A stretch of DNA of 36,213 bases, taken from the sequence record SRR20825019_642; one strand, written 5' to 3'. Position numbers and translations under genes: made by a program. How positions within the stretch are numbered: the stretch's first letter is position 1; every line of letters starts with the position of its first letter. Below, piece by piece: positions 19,641 to 28,928 of this stretch. Below the pieces are notes generated by a model. It searched no databases. It had not been told where the DNA came from and was given only the letters and a program-made list of their open reading frames with translations.

Positions 19641-22295
19641 ATGAGAATAATACTAACACTACTACTGGCATGTTTTCTGCTCAAATCCTGTTCCCAACCA
19701 AAGCAAAAAGGGAAACAGGTGGCCATAACGGTCGAGAACAACAAGAAAGGCGCACCCATAACCTTGGGAATACCTTTCCCTAAAGGGGAGTTGAATACAG
19801 TGGATCATCTACGTCTGCTGACGGCAGAAGGTACGGAAATACCATGTCAGACAACTGAGGTGAGCAATTGGGGACCAACGGACGACAGTGTGAAATGGGT
19901 ATGGGTATTCTTCTTTTCCGAAGAAACACAGGACTACGTTTTGGAGTATGGAGATGGTGTGGTGCCAATCCTTCCGGAAAAGAAGATCGTTTCCATGAAT
20001 AACATGAGGCCTCAGGGAGGAATAGATGTAAATACCGGACCATTGTCGTTTTCCATACATAAAAAAGGGAACGGTTTTTTGGATGAGGTCTTTCTGGATT
20101 CCAACAAAGATGGAAAGTTTACCGAAGAAGAACTGATCGGTTCATCACCCGAGAAAAACAGGGGATCTTTCTTTGATCTTTTGGACGATTCGGGCATAGA
20201 TGCATCCAAAGCTGTCATCAATGAGGTTTTTAGGGAAAAGGGCTCCGGCCCCTTGCACACCATTTTCCGAATAGAAGGGACCTATATCTACAATAGGGAA
20301 GATAACAACCTATCACCATTTACCATTTGGTTGCATGCCTATGCGGGCAAGAGCTATATAAAAGTATTGCACACCATGACGTATACCGGTATTCCCGACA
20401 AGCACAAAAAACAAAAGGGAGAGCATGCGAACATTGCAACCCAGAACAGCGAAATTATTTCGGAGAGTACAGAAGACGATATGGGCTGGACACAGCCCAA
20501 CGACCAGATAGCCGCAATTGGACTTCAGCTAAAATATCATTTGGATGATAATGTGAGCGTTTCAATGCCCCTTTATGAAGGTTCTTGGAAAAATGATGAA
20601 GCGGATACCGTTATGGAGGAAGTTGCCGTAAATGATGAAACACCGGTTCAATTATTGCAAAAAGGACCGGATAGACGTAAAAGCATTAGTTTAAGAAGCC
20701 TTTACATGAACAACTTCAGCAAGAAAGGAAAGAACGGTGATGCCGAAGCGGAGTTGGATTTTAAGGCGACCGTCTCCAAAGGTGAAACCAATGTGGCCCA
20801 AACCCAGAAAGCCAAAGGCTGGATCAATGTCACCGATGGAAAAAGAGGTGTTGGCCTGGGCATTAAGAATTTTATGAAAGAATACCCAAAAGGTATTGAG
20901 GTAGATCCTGCCAACAACATCTTGTTGGGAAGTATCTGGCCCAAAGAAAATGGCCCGATGAACTTTGCAAGGCACAATACAGAACCAGATGGAGGCATGT
21001 TGGACAATTTTGCACAAGGTATAACCAAGACCACGGAATTTGTTTATTATTTCCACGATAACGATGCCATAGCATCCGTGGGCGACAAAATGGAGTATGT
21101 TACCGAAAGCCCGGTAGCACATGCCACTCCCGAGTGGTACACAAATTCAAAAGTGTATGGGAATATGGCACCTGCCTCCGAAACTCATACAGAGTTTGAA
21201 AACGCATTGCAGTACAGATACCAGTGGTGGGCCTATAGCCAAAAGAACGAGCCATGGTATGGCATGTTCGATTATGGTGACGGAAAAAGTTACTTTTTTG
21301 ATGGCAGATGGGTGCAATGGACCAATAACGAACCTACCGTGGATTTTATGCTGTGGACCAATTTTATGAGAACAGGAGATCCTGAGTACTTCAAAATGGC
21401 TCAAGCGATGAGTAGGCACACCATGGATGTGGATAACATCCATTGGCCAAAAAAGCGAACCTATTATGGAGAGATCAATGATGCCATCGATTTTTGGAAT
21501 TATGAGAAAGAACCGGAGTCCACACCATACCTTGGCATAGGAAGGAGGCATGCCAACGAACATTGGTACGCACTTCTAAGCGCCCATGTTTGGATTCAAG
21601 GCTGGATCGCAGATTATTACTTATCGGCGGACCATAGAGCATTGGAAGTCGCCAAAATGACCGGGGACACCTACATTAACCGCATTTGGGGAGAGCACGA
21701 CCTAAGGGGCAGAAGACTATATTTATCAGTACTGAACTTGGTAGAGCTATATGATGCTACCAAGCTTCAAAAATATAAAGACGAATTGGATGAAAGGGTC
21801 CGGTTAATGTTGGAGTTTCAAGAACGTCAAGGTGGGAATCTACTGTTGGATAGATATGGATATAGCCAAACCTATGTGGCTCAAGGGCTGTATAAATATC
21901 AGCAAATAACGGGCGATGAAGAAGTAAGAAAAGCATTGTTGAAACATGCCAGATGGGTTAGGGACGTACCTCCATTGAACCACGAAATGGAATCTTATTT
22001 AGCCACTATTTATCCTTTGTTGCTCGGTTATGAGATAAGTGGTGAAAAAGTGTACCTGAACGAAGCATTGGCCAGAGCAGAAATGTTGAAAATAGGAGAA
22101 CTGCCAAAATCACCGGAAGACTATGAAAATGCGGAGACATACAGCGATGACCTTTTGGAAATCTCTAACCTCCCCATGAGCAAGAAACGATTTACCAACT
22201 GGCAGACCAATCAAGGACTCCGGGTATTTGGTTGGACCCACGCATACAATATTCCTTATTTATTGTATTGGATGGATAAGGAGAACATCGACTAA
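19641..22295 (+). CDS. PcRGLX/YetA-like (PL26-like exo-rhamnogalacturonan lyase family) lipoprotein
   Basis: 884 aa; lipobox LLKS-C; ITLGIPFPKGEL...WGPTDDSVKW at the N-terminus; WYGMFDYGD, WTNNE, AQAMSRHTMDVD, GRRHANEHW; helical C-terminus. Confidence 0.65.
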   Translation: MRIILTLLLACFLLKSCSQPKQKGKQVAITVENNKKGAPITLGIPFPKGELNTVDHLRLLTAEGTEIPCQTTEVSNWGPTDDSVKWVWVFFFSEETQDYVLEYGDGVVPILPEKKIVSMNNMRPQGGIDVNTGPLSFSIHKKGNGFLDEVFLDSNKDGKFTEEELIGSSPEKNRGSFFDLLDDSGIDASKAVINEVFREKGSGPLHTIFRIEGTYIYNREDNNLSPFTIWLHAYAGKSYIKVLHTMTYTGIPDKHKKQKGEHANIATQNSEIISESTEDDMGWTQPNDQIAAIGLQLKYHLDDNVSVSMPLYEGSWKNDEADTVMEEVAVNDETPVQLLQKGPDRRKSISLRSLYMNNFSKKGKNGDAEAELDFKATVSKGETNVAQTQKAKGWINVTDGKRGVGLGIKNFMKEYPKGIEVDPANNILLGSIWPKENGPMNFARHNTEPDGGMLDNFAQGITKTTEFVYYFHDNDAIASVGDKMEYVTESPVAHATPEWYTNSKVYGNMAPASETHTEFENALQYRYQWWAYSQKNEPWYGMFDYGDGKSYFFDGRWVQWTNNEPTVDFMLWTNFMRTGDPEYFKMAQAMSRHTMDVDNIHWPKKRTYYGEINDAIDFWNYEKEPESTPYLGIGRRHANEHWYALLSAHVWIQGWIADYYLSADHRALEVAKMTGDTYINRIWGEHDLRGRRLYLSVLNLVELYDATKLQKYKDELDERVRLMLEFQERQGGNLLLDRYGYSQTYVAQGLYKYQQITGDEEVRKALLKHARWVRDVPPLNHEMESYLATIYPLLLGYEISGEKVYLNEALARAEMLKIGELPKSPEDYENAETYSDDLLEISNLPMSKKRFTNWQTNQGLRVFGWTHAYNIPYLLYWMDKENID

Positions 22296-22311
22296 ATCTA
22301 GTAATCTTCAG

Positions 22312-22353
22312 AAAGGGATGGTGAGGCCGCACATTGGCCGCCGTCCCTTTTTT
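22312..22353 (+). terminator. Rho-independent terminator
   Basis: AAAGGGATGG...GGCC-gcacatt-GGCC...CCGTCCCTTT stem ending in a T6 run, 16 nt after the stop at 22295. Confidence 0.75.
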
Positions 22354-22378
22354 ATGCACACCATTAAACAACAATTAT

Positions 22379-23812
22379 ATGTCGTACAAGCGGTTTGGGG
22401 CTATTCTGGGCCCTATTCTATTTATTTTGATCCACCACTTTTTTAATGGAGAAGGGCTTTCGCCACAAGGGCGGGACATATTGGCAGCAACAGTTTGGAT
22501 CGGGGTTTGGTGGGTTTTTGAAGTACTTCCCATAGCAGTTACCGCATTGTTGCCCATTGTCCTCTTTCCACTATTGGGAACCATTCCATTGGGTGACACA
22601 ACCGCGAGTTACGGCCACAAATATGTGTTTTTGTACATGGGAGGTTTTATGTTGGCCATGGCCATAGAAAAATGGAACCTGCACAAAAGAATAGCCCTCC
22701 AAATTATAAAGACCATCGGCACAAATATGTACACCATAGTCTTGGGCTTTATGGTCGCGACCGCTTTTCTGTCCATGTGGATTTCCAACACAGCTACCAC
22801 TGTTATGGTGTTGCCCATGGCTATTTCCATAGTAAAACAACTCAAGGACAACCCCGACACACCCGAAGATGAGAACAAGATATTCAGTAAATTATTAATG
22901 CTGTCCATAGCTTATGCGGCATCTATCGGGGGAATTGCCACATTGATAGGAACGCCGCCAAATCTGGTCTTTGCAGGGTTTGTTCAAAAAACTTACGGAG
23001 TGGACATCAGTTTTTGGCAATGGATGAAATTTGGTTTACCGGTAGCATCCATACTTTTAATATTGGCGTGGTTATACCTTACTAGACTTGCCTATCCATT
23101 GCGTAGATCACGTTTTCCAGGTGGTAAACAGGAAATAAATAGGCTCTTGTCCGAATTGGGACCGCTGGGAAAGGAAGAGAAAATGGTATTGTTTGTTTTT
23201 GTACTGACCGCTTTCTGCTGGATAACCAGATCTTTTCTTTTACAAAAAATCATTCCGAACATCGATGATACCATTATAGCCATTGGATCCGCCATCCTAC
23301 TTTTTATTATCCCTGCCAACAGGTCGGGCAAACCACTCATTCAATGGACAGAAGCCGTACGGATTCCATGGGGGATCATCTTATTGTTCGGAGGTGGGAT
23401 GGCCATCGCCAAAGGATTTCAAGAAACAGGGCTGGCAGGCTATCTAGGAGGACAAATGGCATTTTTTGAAGGATTGCCCCTCTTTTTATTGTTGTTGTTG
23501 GTGATCACATGCGTTAATTTTTTGACAGAGGTCACCTCCAATTTGGCTACGACCGCAATGATGCTTCCCGTTTTGGCCCCGTTGGCCTTGACCTTGGGAA
23601 TAAATCCGTATATATTGATGGTCGCATGCACATCGGCAGCATCATGTGCCTTTATGTTGCCCGTGGCAACCCCACCAAATGCTGTCGTCTTCGGTTCGGG
23701 CTACCTCCGAATTCCGGATATGGTACGGGCCGGGTTTTTGATGAATTTGATATCCATTGTAATTATGTCGCTCGCCATATTTTTTCTATTGCCCTTATTA
23801 TGGGGTCTGTAA
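22379..23812 (+). CDS. DASS/SLC13-family sodium:divalent anion (sulfate/dicarboxylate) symporter
   Basis: About 477 aa from ATG 22379; NLHKRIAL, LSMWISNTATT, GGIATLIGTPPN, LTEVTSNLAT, AFMLPVATPPNA. Confidence 0.92.
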   Translation: MSYKRFGAILGPILFILIHHFFNGEGLSPQGRDILAATVWIGVWWVFEVLPIAVTALLPIVLFPLLGTIPLGDTTASYGHKYVFLYMGGFMLAMAIEKWNLHKRIALQIIKTIGTNMYTIVLGFMVATAFLSMWISNTATTVMVLPMAISIVKQLKDNPDTPEDENKIFSKLLMLSIAYAASIGGIATLIGTPPNLVFAGFVQKTYGVDISFWQWMKFGLPVASILLILAWLYLTRLAYPLRRSRFPGGKQEINRLLSELGPLGKEEKMVLFVFVLTAFCWITRSFLLQKIIPNIDDTIIAIGSAILLFIIPANRSGKPLIQWTEAVRIPWGIILLFGGGMAIAKGFQETGLAGYLGGQMAFFEGLPLFLLLLLVITCVNFLTEVTSNLATTAMMLPVLAPLALTLGINPYILMVACTSAASCAFMLPVATPPNAVVFGSGYLRIPDMVRAGFLMNLISIVIMSLAIFFLLPLLWGL

Positions 23813-23834
23813 GTAATAGGTGCTATTTTAAAAA

Positions 23835-24533
23835 CTAGAGTATCGGTTTCAACACCTTCCAAACGTTTTTGGCCACCAATTTTTGGCCTTCTACCGTAGG
23901 GTGTATGCCATCTCCTTGATTAAGTTCGGGGATTCCGGCCACATCTTCCAATAAAAACGGAATCAAGGCTATATTTTCCTGCTTTGCCAATGTTGGAAAT
24001 AGGTTTTCAAACTGAGAGGTGTACTCCGGCCCCATATTTGGTGGAATCTTCATTCCGGCCAAGATAATTTTGGCATTTGGGAGGTCTTCTTGTACTTGGT
24101 CTATCATCTCCTGAAGATTTGTCTTGGTTTCGGAAATCGGAACACCCCTGAGCCCATCATTCGCACCCAATTCTATGATGACGATATCCATATCATCCTC
24201 CAACACCCAATCCAACCGGTTTTTGCCACTTGCCGTGGTCTCACCGCTCAATCCAGCATTGATCACGGCATAATTCAAACCCAAGGAATCAATTTTTTGT
24301 TGTATGACCGACGGGAAAGAATGACCAAGCTCTAAACCATAACCGGCCGTTAAGCTATCCCCAAAAAAAAGGATTTTTTTGCTCGACTCCGTTGTCTCCT
24401 CGACCACTTCTTCCTCAACAGAAACTTGGTTGTCCTCTTTTTGCTGTTTATTTTCTCCACAGCTGGCCAGTACCAGCATCAAAAAATAACATAACATTAA
24501 CGGTAGGTTGAGGGCAGAGTTTTTCTTGATCAT
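23835..24533 (-). CDS. tesA: TesA-like arylesterase/acyl-CoA thioesterase I (GDSL), lipoprotein
   Basis: About 232 aa from ATG 24533; lipobox LAS-C; FGDSLTAGYG, NAGLSGETT, ELGANDGLRG, QGDGIHP; divergent from ybbA. Confidence 0.88.
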   Translation of the reverse strand: MIKKNSALNLPLMLCYFLMLVLASCGENKQQKEDNQVSVEEEVVEETTESSKKILFFGDSLTAGYGLELGHSFPSVIQQKIDSLGLNYAVINAGLSGETTASGKNRLDWVLEDDMDIVIIELGANDGLRGVPISETKTNLQEMIDQVQEDLPNAKIILAGMKIPPNMGPEYTSQFENLFPTLAKQENIALIPFLLEDVAGIPELNQGDGIHPTVEGQKLVAKNVWKVLKPIL

Positions 24534-24575
24534 GGACAATTTTAGTATTTTGAGAGTTTTAACCAAAAGCATGGT

Positions 24576-25253
24576 ATGTCAAAGATATTAAAAGTTCAAA
24601 ACCTCTCTAAAACTTATCGGAGCGGTGAACACGACCTAAATGTACTCAATAACGTCTCGTTTGATGTGGACAAAGGTCAAAGTTTTGCCATAGTGGGGTC
24701 TTCGGGCAGTGGTAAGACTACATTATTGGGGCTTTGTGCCGGATTGGATACCACGGATGACGGTGAAATATGGCTCTGTGGTGAAAGTTTGTCGGGGCTC
24801 AATGAAGATGGAAGAGCAGTTTTAAGAAACCAAAACGTAGGGTTTGTTTTTCAGGACTTTCAATTATTGCCCACTTTGACCGCTTTGGAAAACGTAATAG
24901 TACCCTTGGAACTCCGAGGGGTCAAAAATGCTTCCGACCATGGTAGGGAGCTGCTGGAAAAGGTAGGTTTGTTGAATAGGGCAGAACATTATCCATCGCA
25001 ATTGTCAGGCGGGGAGCAACAGCGCGTGGCCCTTGCCCGAGCTTTTTCCAATAAGCCATCCATTCTTTTTGCCGATGAGCCCACTGGGAACCTTGACGAT
25101 GATACAGGTGCCCGGATAGAGGAGTTGTTGTTTGAATTGAACAAAGAGCAGGGTACGGCACTCGTTATTGTGACCCACGATTTGGAATTGGCCAAAAAAA
25201 CAGATAAAAGTATCCGGTTGAGGTCAGGTAAGATAGAAGAAACCATAGGTTGA
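24576..25253 (+). CDS. ybbA: ABC transporter ATP-binding protein, YbbA/LolD type
   Basis: 225 aa; Walker A GSSGSGKT, LSGGEQQR, ILFADEPTGNLD, VTHD. Confidence 0.92.
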   Translation: MSKILKVQNLSKTYRSGEHDLNVLNNVSFDVDKGQSFAIVGSSGSGKTTLLGLCAGLDTTDDGEIWLCGESLSGLNEDGRAVLRNQNVGFVFQDFQLLPTLTALENVIVPLELRGVKNASDHGRELLEKVGLLNRAEHYPSQLSGGEQQRVALARAFSNKPSILFADEPTGNLDDDTGARIEELLFELNKEQGTALVIVTHDLELAKKTDKSIRLRSGKIEETIG

Positions 25254-25255
25254 TC

Positions 25256-27793
25256 ATGGGAAAAAACAACGCTGGATTTTTATGGCTGCTAAAAATGGCA
25301 TGGCGCGATGGAAAGGCAAGTTATGGTAAACTTTTACTGTTTGTCTTCTCCATTACCTTGGGGGTGGCCGCAGTGGTCAGTGTCCATTCTTTTAGTAGAC
25401 TGTTGAAAGAAAATATAGCCCTACAATCCAAATCTCTTTTAGGTGCGGATTATGTCATAGAAAGCGATAGACCTGTAAATGATAAGGTTCAAGGAATAAT
25501 GGACTCCTTGGGCGGCTCCGATGCCAAGGAGATCAATTTTTTGTCCATGGCCGCTTTTCCAGGAAACAACGGAACCAAGTTGATGGAAGTTAGGGGAGTT
25601 GAAGGCGGTTTTCCATTTTACGGAGATTTGGAAACAAACCCATCCTCGGCGAAGACAAGCTTTAAGGCTGGTGGAGCTTTGGTTGATGCCACTACCATGC
25701 TACAGCTCAATTTAAAAAAAGGGGACAGCATTAAATTGGGAGCAGTCACACTACCTATTGCAGGAGCTTTGGAAAATGTGCCAGGAAGTACTTCTGTGTT
25801 TGGGGCCATTGCCCCACCCGTACTGATTCCTTTTCAATTTATACAGACCACGGGGTTGGTGCAGACGGGTAGCCGAATCGAGTACAAATATTATTTCAAG
25901 GCAGATGAGGGTCAGGATATGGCACTGTTGAGTGAAAAAGTAGAACCTGTTCTCGATGCTGAAGACGCCGACCTGGACACCCATTTGTCCGAGGCTCGGC
26001 GTTTGGGCAGGAGATATGAAAACTTCGGAAAGTTTCTTAATCTGGTCGGATTTATTGCATTGTTGTTGGGGTGTGTAGGTATTGCCAGCGGTATGGGCAT
26101 CTATGTTCAAATGAAGGTGAAATCCATTGCCGTGCTCAAATGTTTAGGTGCTTCAAAAAAGCAGAGCTATTTGATTTTCTTTGTTCAGATAGCTTGTATG
26201 GGAATCGTTGGTGGTCTCTTGGGAACCATTATAGGCTATGGACTACAACAACTGTTTCCCGTACTATTGGGAGATTTGATTCCCGTTGAGGTGGACATGG
26301 CACTATCTCTCCAAAGTATCGTCTTGGGACTATCGCTCGGGTTGGCCATGTCTGTGTTGTTTGCCCTCTATCCATTAATGAAAACCCTGTATGTATCTCC
26401 ATTGCAAGCATTGCGAGTGGTACAGGAAACCCAAACCCGTTCAAAAAGAGCCACGTTACTTGTGGGATTTGGAATTATATCTTTTGTTTTTGGGTTTTCA
26501 TATTGGTTATTGGATGATTCATTGAGGTCTTTCTTTTTTGTGGTAGGCCTATTGGTTGTGTTTTTGATTTTGACCGCAGTTGCCCGATTATTTATGGCCA
26601 TGTTGAAAAGATTTTTCCCGTATTCATGGGGTTTTGTTCCTCGACAAAGCCTAAAGAATTTGTTTCGTCCGCAAAACCAGACCTTGGTATTGGTACTCGC
26701 CATAGGAATAGGCACATTTTTAATCAGTACGTTATATTTTACCAAGGATATGTTGTTGGAAAAGGCTGCCATTGAGGATAGTGCAAACAGTGCGAACATG
26801 ATTCTCATGGATATCCAAAGTCAGCAGGTCGAAGACGTATCCAACACTATTGAAGCCTCGGGCATGCCTGTGATAGATAAAATTTCTATTGTGACCATGA
26901 GGGTGGAGACCCTCAATGGAAAATATGTGGAAGATATTCGAAAGGATACTACATCACAAGTGGGCAGATGGATATTGAACCATGAATTCAGGGTTACGTA
27001 TAGGGACAGTCTTATAGGTTCCGAAAAAGTGATCGAGGGTAAATGGGTGAACAATTTCAATTCAGATAAGGATATACCGATTTCCGTAAGCAGTGATTTT
27101 GCCAACATGGCCAAGGTAACGATCGGTGACCCGGTTTCGTTCAATGTTCAAGGTAGAATCATGAATACGGTTGTGCAAAGCATAAGAGAGGTGGATTGGA
27201 GCAGATTGCAGCCTAATTTCTCGGTGGTATTCCCCTCCGGTGTGTTGGAAAATGCCCCACAGTTTAGTGTTATGACCCTTAGAACACCTAATGATGACAG
27301 TTCTGCCAAACTCCAGCAAAAACTGGTGAGTGATTTCCCTAATGTATCCATTTTGGATTTAAAACGGATACTTGAACTTTTGGAAGACATCTTGGCCAAA
27401 ATAGGTTGGATCATCAATTTTATGGCATTTTTCAGCATATTTGTTGGTGTCGCGGTGTTAATGGGAGCTATATATAGTAGCAAACATCAAAGGGTAAAAC
27501 AAGGAGCATTGCTTAGAACCCTAGGGGCCAAAACCTTTCAAATCTTAAAAATGATTGCAATCGAGTATACCATTTTAGGATTTTTGGGAGCCTTAATGGG
27601 TGTTGTGCTAGCGGTCTTGGGAAGCACTTTGCTTGCGTGGATGCTCTTTGATACCACTTTTGTCCCCTCAGTCATACCGTTTGCCATTATTTTACCGGCC
27701 ATTACATTTTTGGTATTTGCCCTAGGTGTAGGTAATAGTGTAGGAATTGTTAGGAACTCTCCTTTAGCCGTTCTCAAAAAGGAAAAAGAATAG
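25256..27793 (+). CDS. ybbP: ABC transporter permease, YbbP/FtsX (type VII) family
   Basis: About 845 aa; MAWRD start, two FtsX-like repeats (IAVLKCLGAS; LLRTLGAK), GGFPFYG, REVDWSRLQPNF. Confidence 0.9.
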   Translation: MGKNNAGFLWLLKMAWRDGKASYGKLLLFVFSITLGVAAVVSVHSFSRLLKENIALQSKSLLGADYVIESDRPVNDKVQGIMDSLGGSDAKEINFLSMAAFPGNNGTKLMEVRGVEGGFPFYGDLETNPSSAKTSFKAGGALVDATTMLQLNLKKGDSIKLGAVTLPIAGALENVPGSTSVFGAIAPPVLIPFQFIQTTGLVQTGSRIEYKYYFKADEGQDMALLSEKVEPVLDAEDADLDTHLSEARRLGRRYENFGKFLNLVGFIALLLGCVGIASGMGIYVQMKVKSIAVLKCLGASKKQSYLIFFVQIACMGIVGGLLGTIIGYGLQQLFPVLLGDLIPVEVDMALSLQSIVLGLSLGLAMSVLFALYPLMKTLYVSPLQALRVVQETQTRSKRATLLVGFGIISFVFGFSYWLLDDSLRSFFFVVGLLVVFLILTAVARLFMAMLKRFFPYSWGFVPRQSLKNLFRPQNQTLVLVLAIGIGTFLISTLYFTKDMLLEKAAIEDSANSANMILMDIQSQQVEDVSNTIEASGMPVIDKISIVTMRVETLNGKYVEDIRKDTTSQVGRWILNHEFRVTYRDSLIGSEKVIEGKWVNNFNSDKDIPISVSSDFANMAKVTIGDPVSFNVQGRIMNTVVQSIREVDWSRLQPNFSVVFPSGVLENAPQFSVMTLRTPNDDSSAKLQQKLVSDFPNVSILDLKRILELLEDILAKIGWIINFMAFFSIFVGVAVLMGAIYSSKHQRVKQGALLRTLGAKTFQILKMIAIEYTILGFLGALMGVVLAVLGSTLLAWMLFDTTFVPSVIPFAIILPAITFLVFALGVGNSVGIVRNSPLAVLKKEKE

Positions 27794-28864
27794 TTATTCG
27801 GACAGCACTGTTCTAAATCCTAAATGTTCCTGTCCTGAATCGGGACTGGTGGCCATGCGCGCAGAAATCCGGTAACTTGCACAGTAGGACGCGCTGCATA
27901 GGAACGACCCTCCCTTTATTACCTTTTCCTTGGCATATGGGTTATTGGGGTTAAAGGCACTTGTGGCTCCTTGTGGATTTTGGGCGATATTATTATTTGA
28001 GGCCAATTCCTTGTAATAATTGGTATTGTACCAATCGTTTGTCCATTCCCAGACATTCCCTGCCATATCGTACAGTCCAAATCCGTTCTTGGGATAGCTC
28101 ATAACTGGCGCCCTGCGCTCAAAACCATCTTTCATGGTATTTTCTACGGGAAACTCTCCTTCCCAAGAGTTGGCATGTGTGCTCAATTGGGAAATATCGT
28201 CCCCCCAGGAAAACTTGCTGTCGGTCTTCCCCGCACGGGCGGCGTATTCCCATTCGGCCTCGGTGGGCAGTCTCCGTCCGGCCCATTCACAGTAGGCCAT
28301 GGCATCCTCGAAGGCTATGTGCACCACGGGATGGTCATCTTTGCCCTCGATGGTGCTTTCAGGTCCATTGGGGTGCTTCCAATCGGCCCCGATTTTCCAT
28401 TCCCACCACTGGGAGTAATCATAGAGGTTGGGAACACTGGACTTTGTTTTTTTGAAGATCAACGAACCTGGTTGTAGGATTGAATCATGGGGTTTTTCCG
28501 TACCGGCAGGCAACTGTTTCTTCATTTCCTCCCAATCAATTTCCCTTTCTGCTACGGTAACATAGCCCGTTTCTTCCACAAATTTTGCAAATTCGGCATT
28601 GGTCACTTCATGAATGTCCATAAAAAAGCCATCAACATGAACTTTATGGGCCGGCTTTTCGTGCCCCATGGCCATCTTGTCGTTGGGAACGGCTCCCTGA
28701 ACAAACGCTCCCCCCGGAATCCATACCATTCCTTCCGGTGCTTTTCTTGGAGCCTCTTTATGTGGTTTATCATTGGTATTATCCTGATTTTCGGATTTGG
28801 TCTTACAACCGATAATCAAGATTATCAAAGCGAAACAAATACTTTTTGGGAGGGAGTAGGTCAT
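27794..28864 (-). CDS. Formylglycine-generating enzyme (FGE/SUMF1 family), lipoprotein
   Basis: About 356 aa from ATG 28864; lipobox IIIG-C; RLPTEAEWEYAARAG, FGLYDMAGNVWEW, KGGSFLCSASYCASYRISAR with the catalytic Cys pair, HLGFR. Confidence 0.92.
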   Translation of the reverse strand: MTYSLPKSICFALIILIIGCKTKSENQDNTNDKPHKEAPRKAPEGMVWIPGGAFVQGAVPNDKMAMGHEKPAHKVHVDGFFMDIHEVTNAEFAKFVEETGYVTVAEREIDWEEMKKQLPAGTEKPHDSILQPGSLIFKKTKSSVPNLYDYSQWWEWKIGADWKHPNGPESTIEGKDDHPVVHIAFEDAMAYCEWAGRRLPTEAEWEYAARAGKTDSKFSWGDDISQLSTHANSWEGEFPVENTMKDGFERRAPVMSYPKNGFGLYDMAGNVWEWTNDWYNTNYYKELASNNNIAQNPQGATSAFNPNNPYAKEKVIKGGSFLCSASYCASYRISARMATSPDSGQEHLGFRTVLSE

Positions 28865-28928
28865 TAAATAAACTTTGAGCAAATTCAAATCCACTAAAAT
28901 TATAACGTAGTCAAGAATTGATGTGATA

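Noticed and set aside
22334-22378. Longer TTG start for the DASS gene given in the ORF track
   Set aside because: The extension lies inside the terminator hairpin; ATG 22379 follows an A-rich leader
24534-24572. Longer start for tesA given in the ORF track
   Set aside because: It would leave 3 bp between divergent genes and an over-long signal peptide; ATG 24533 is preferred
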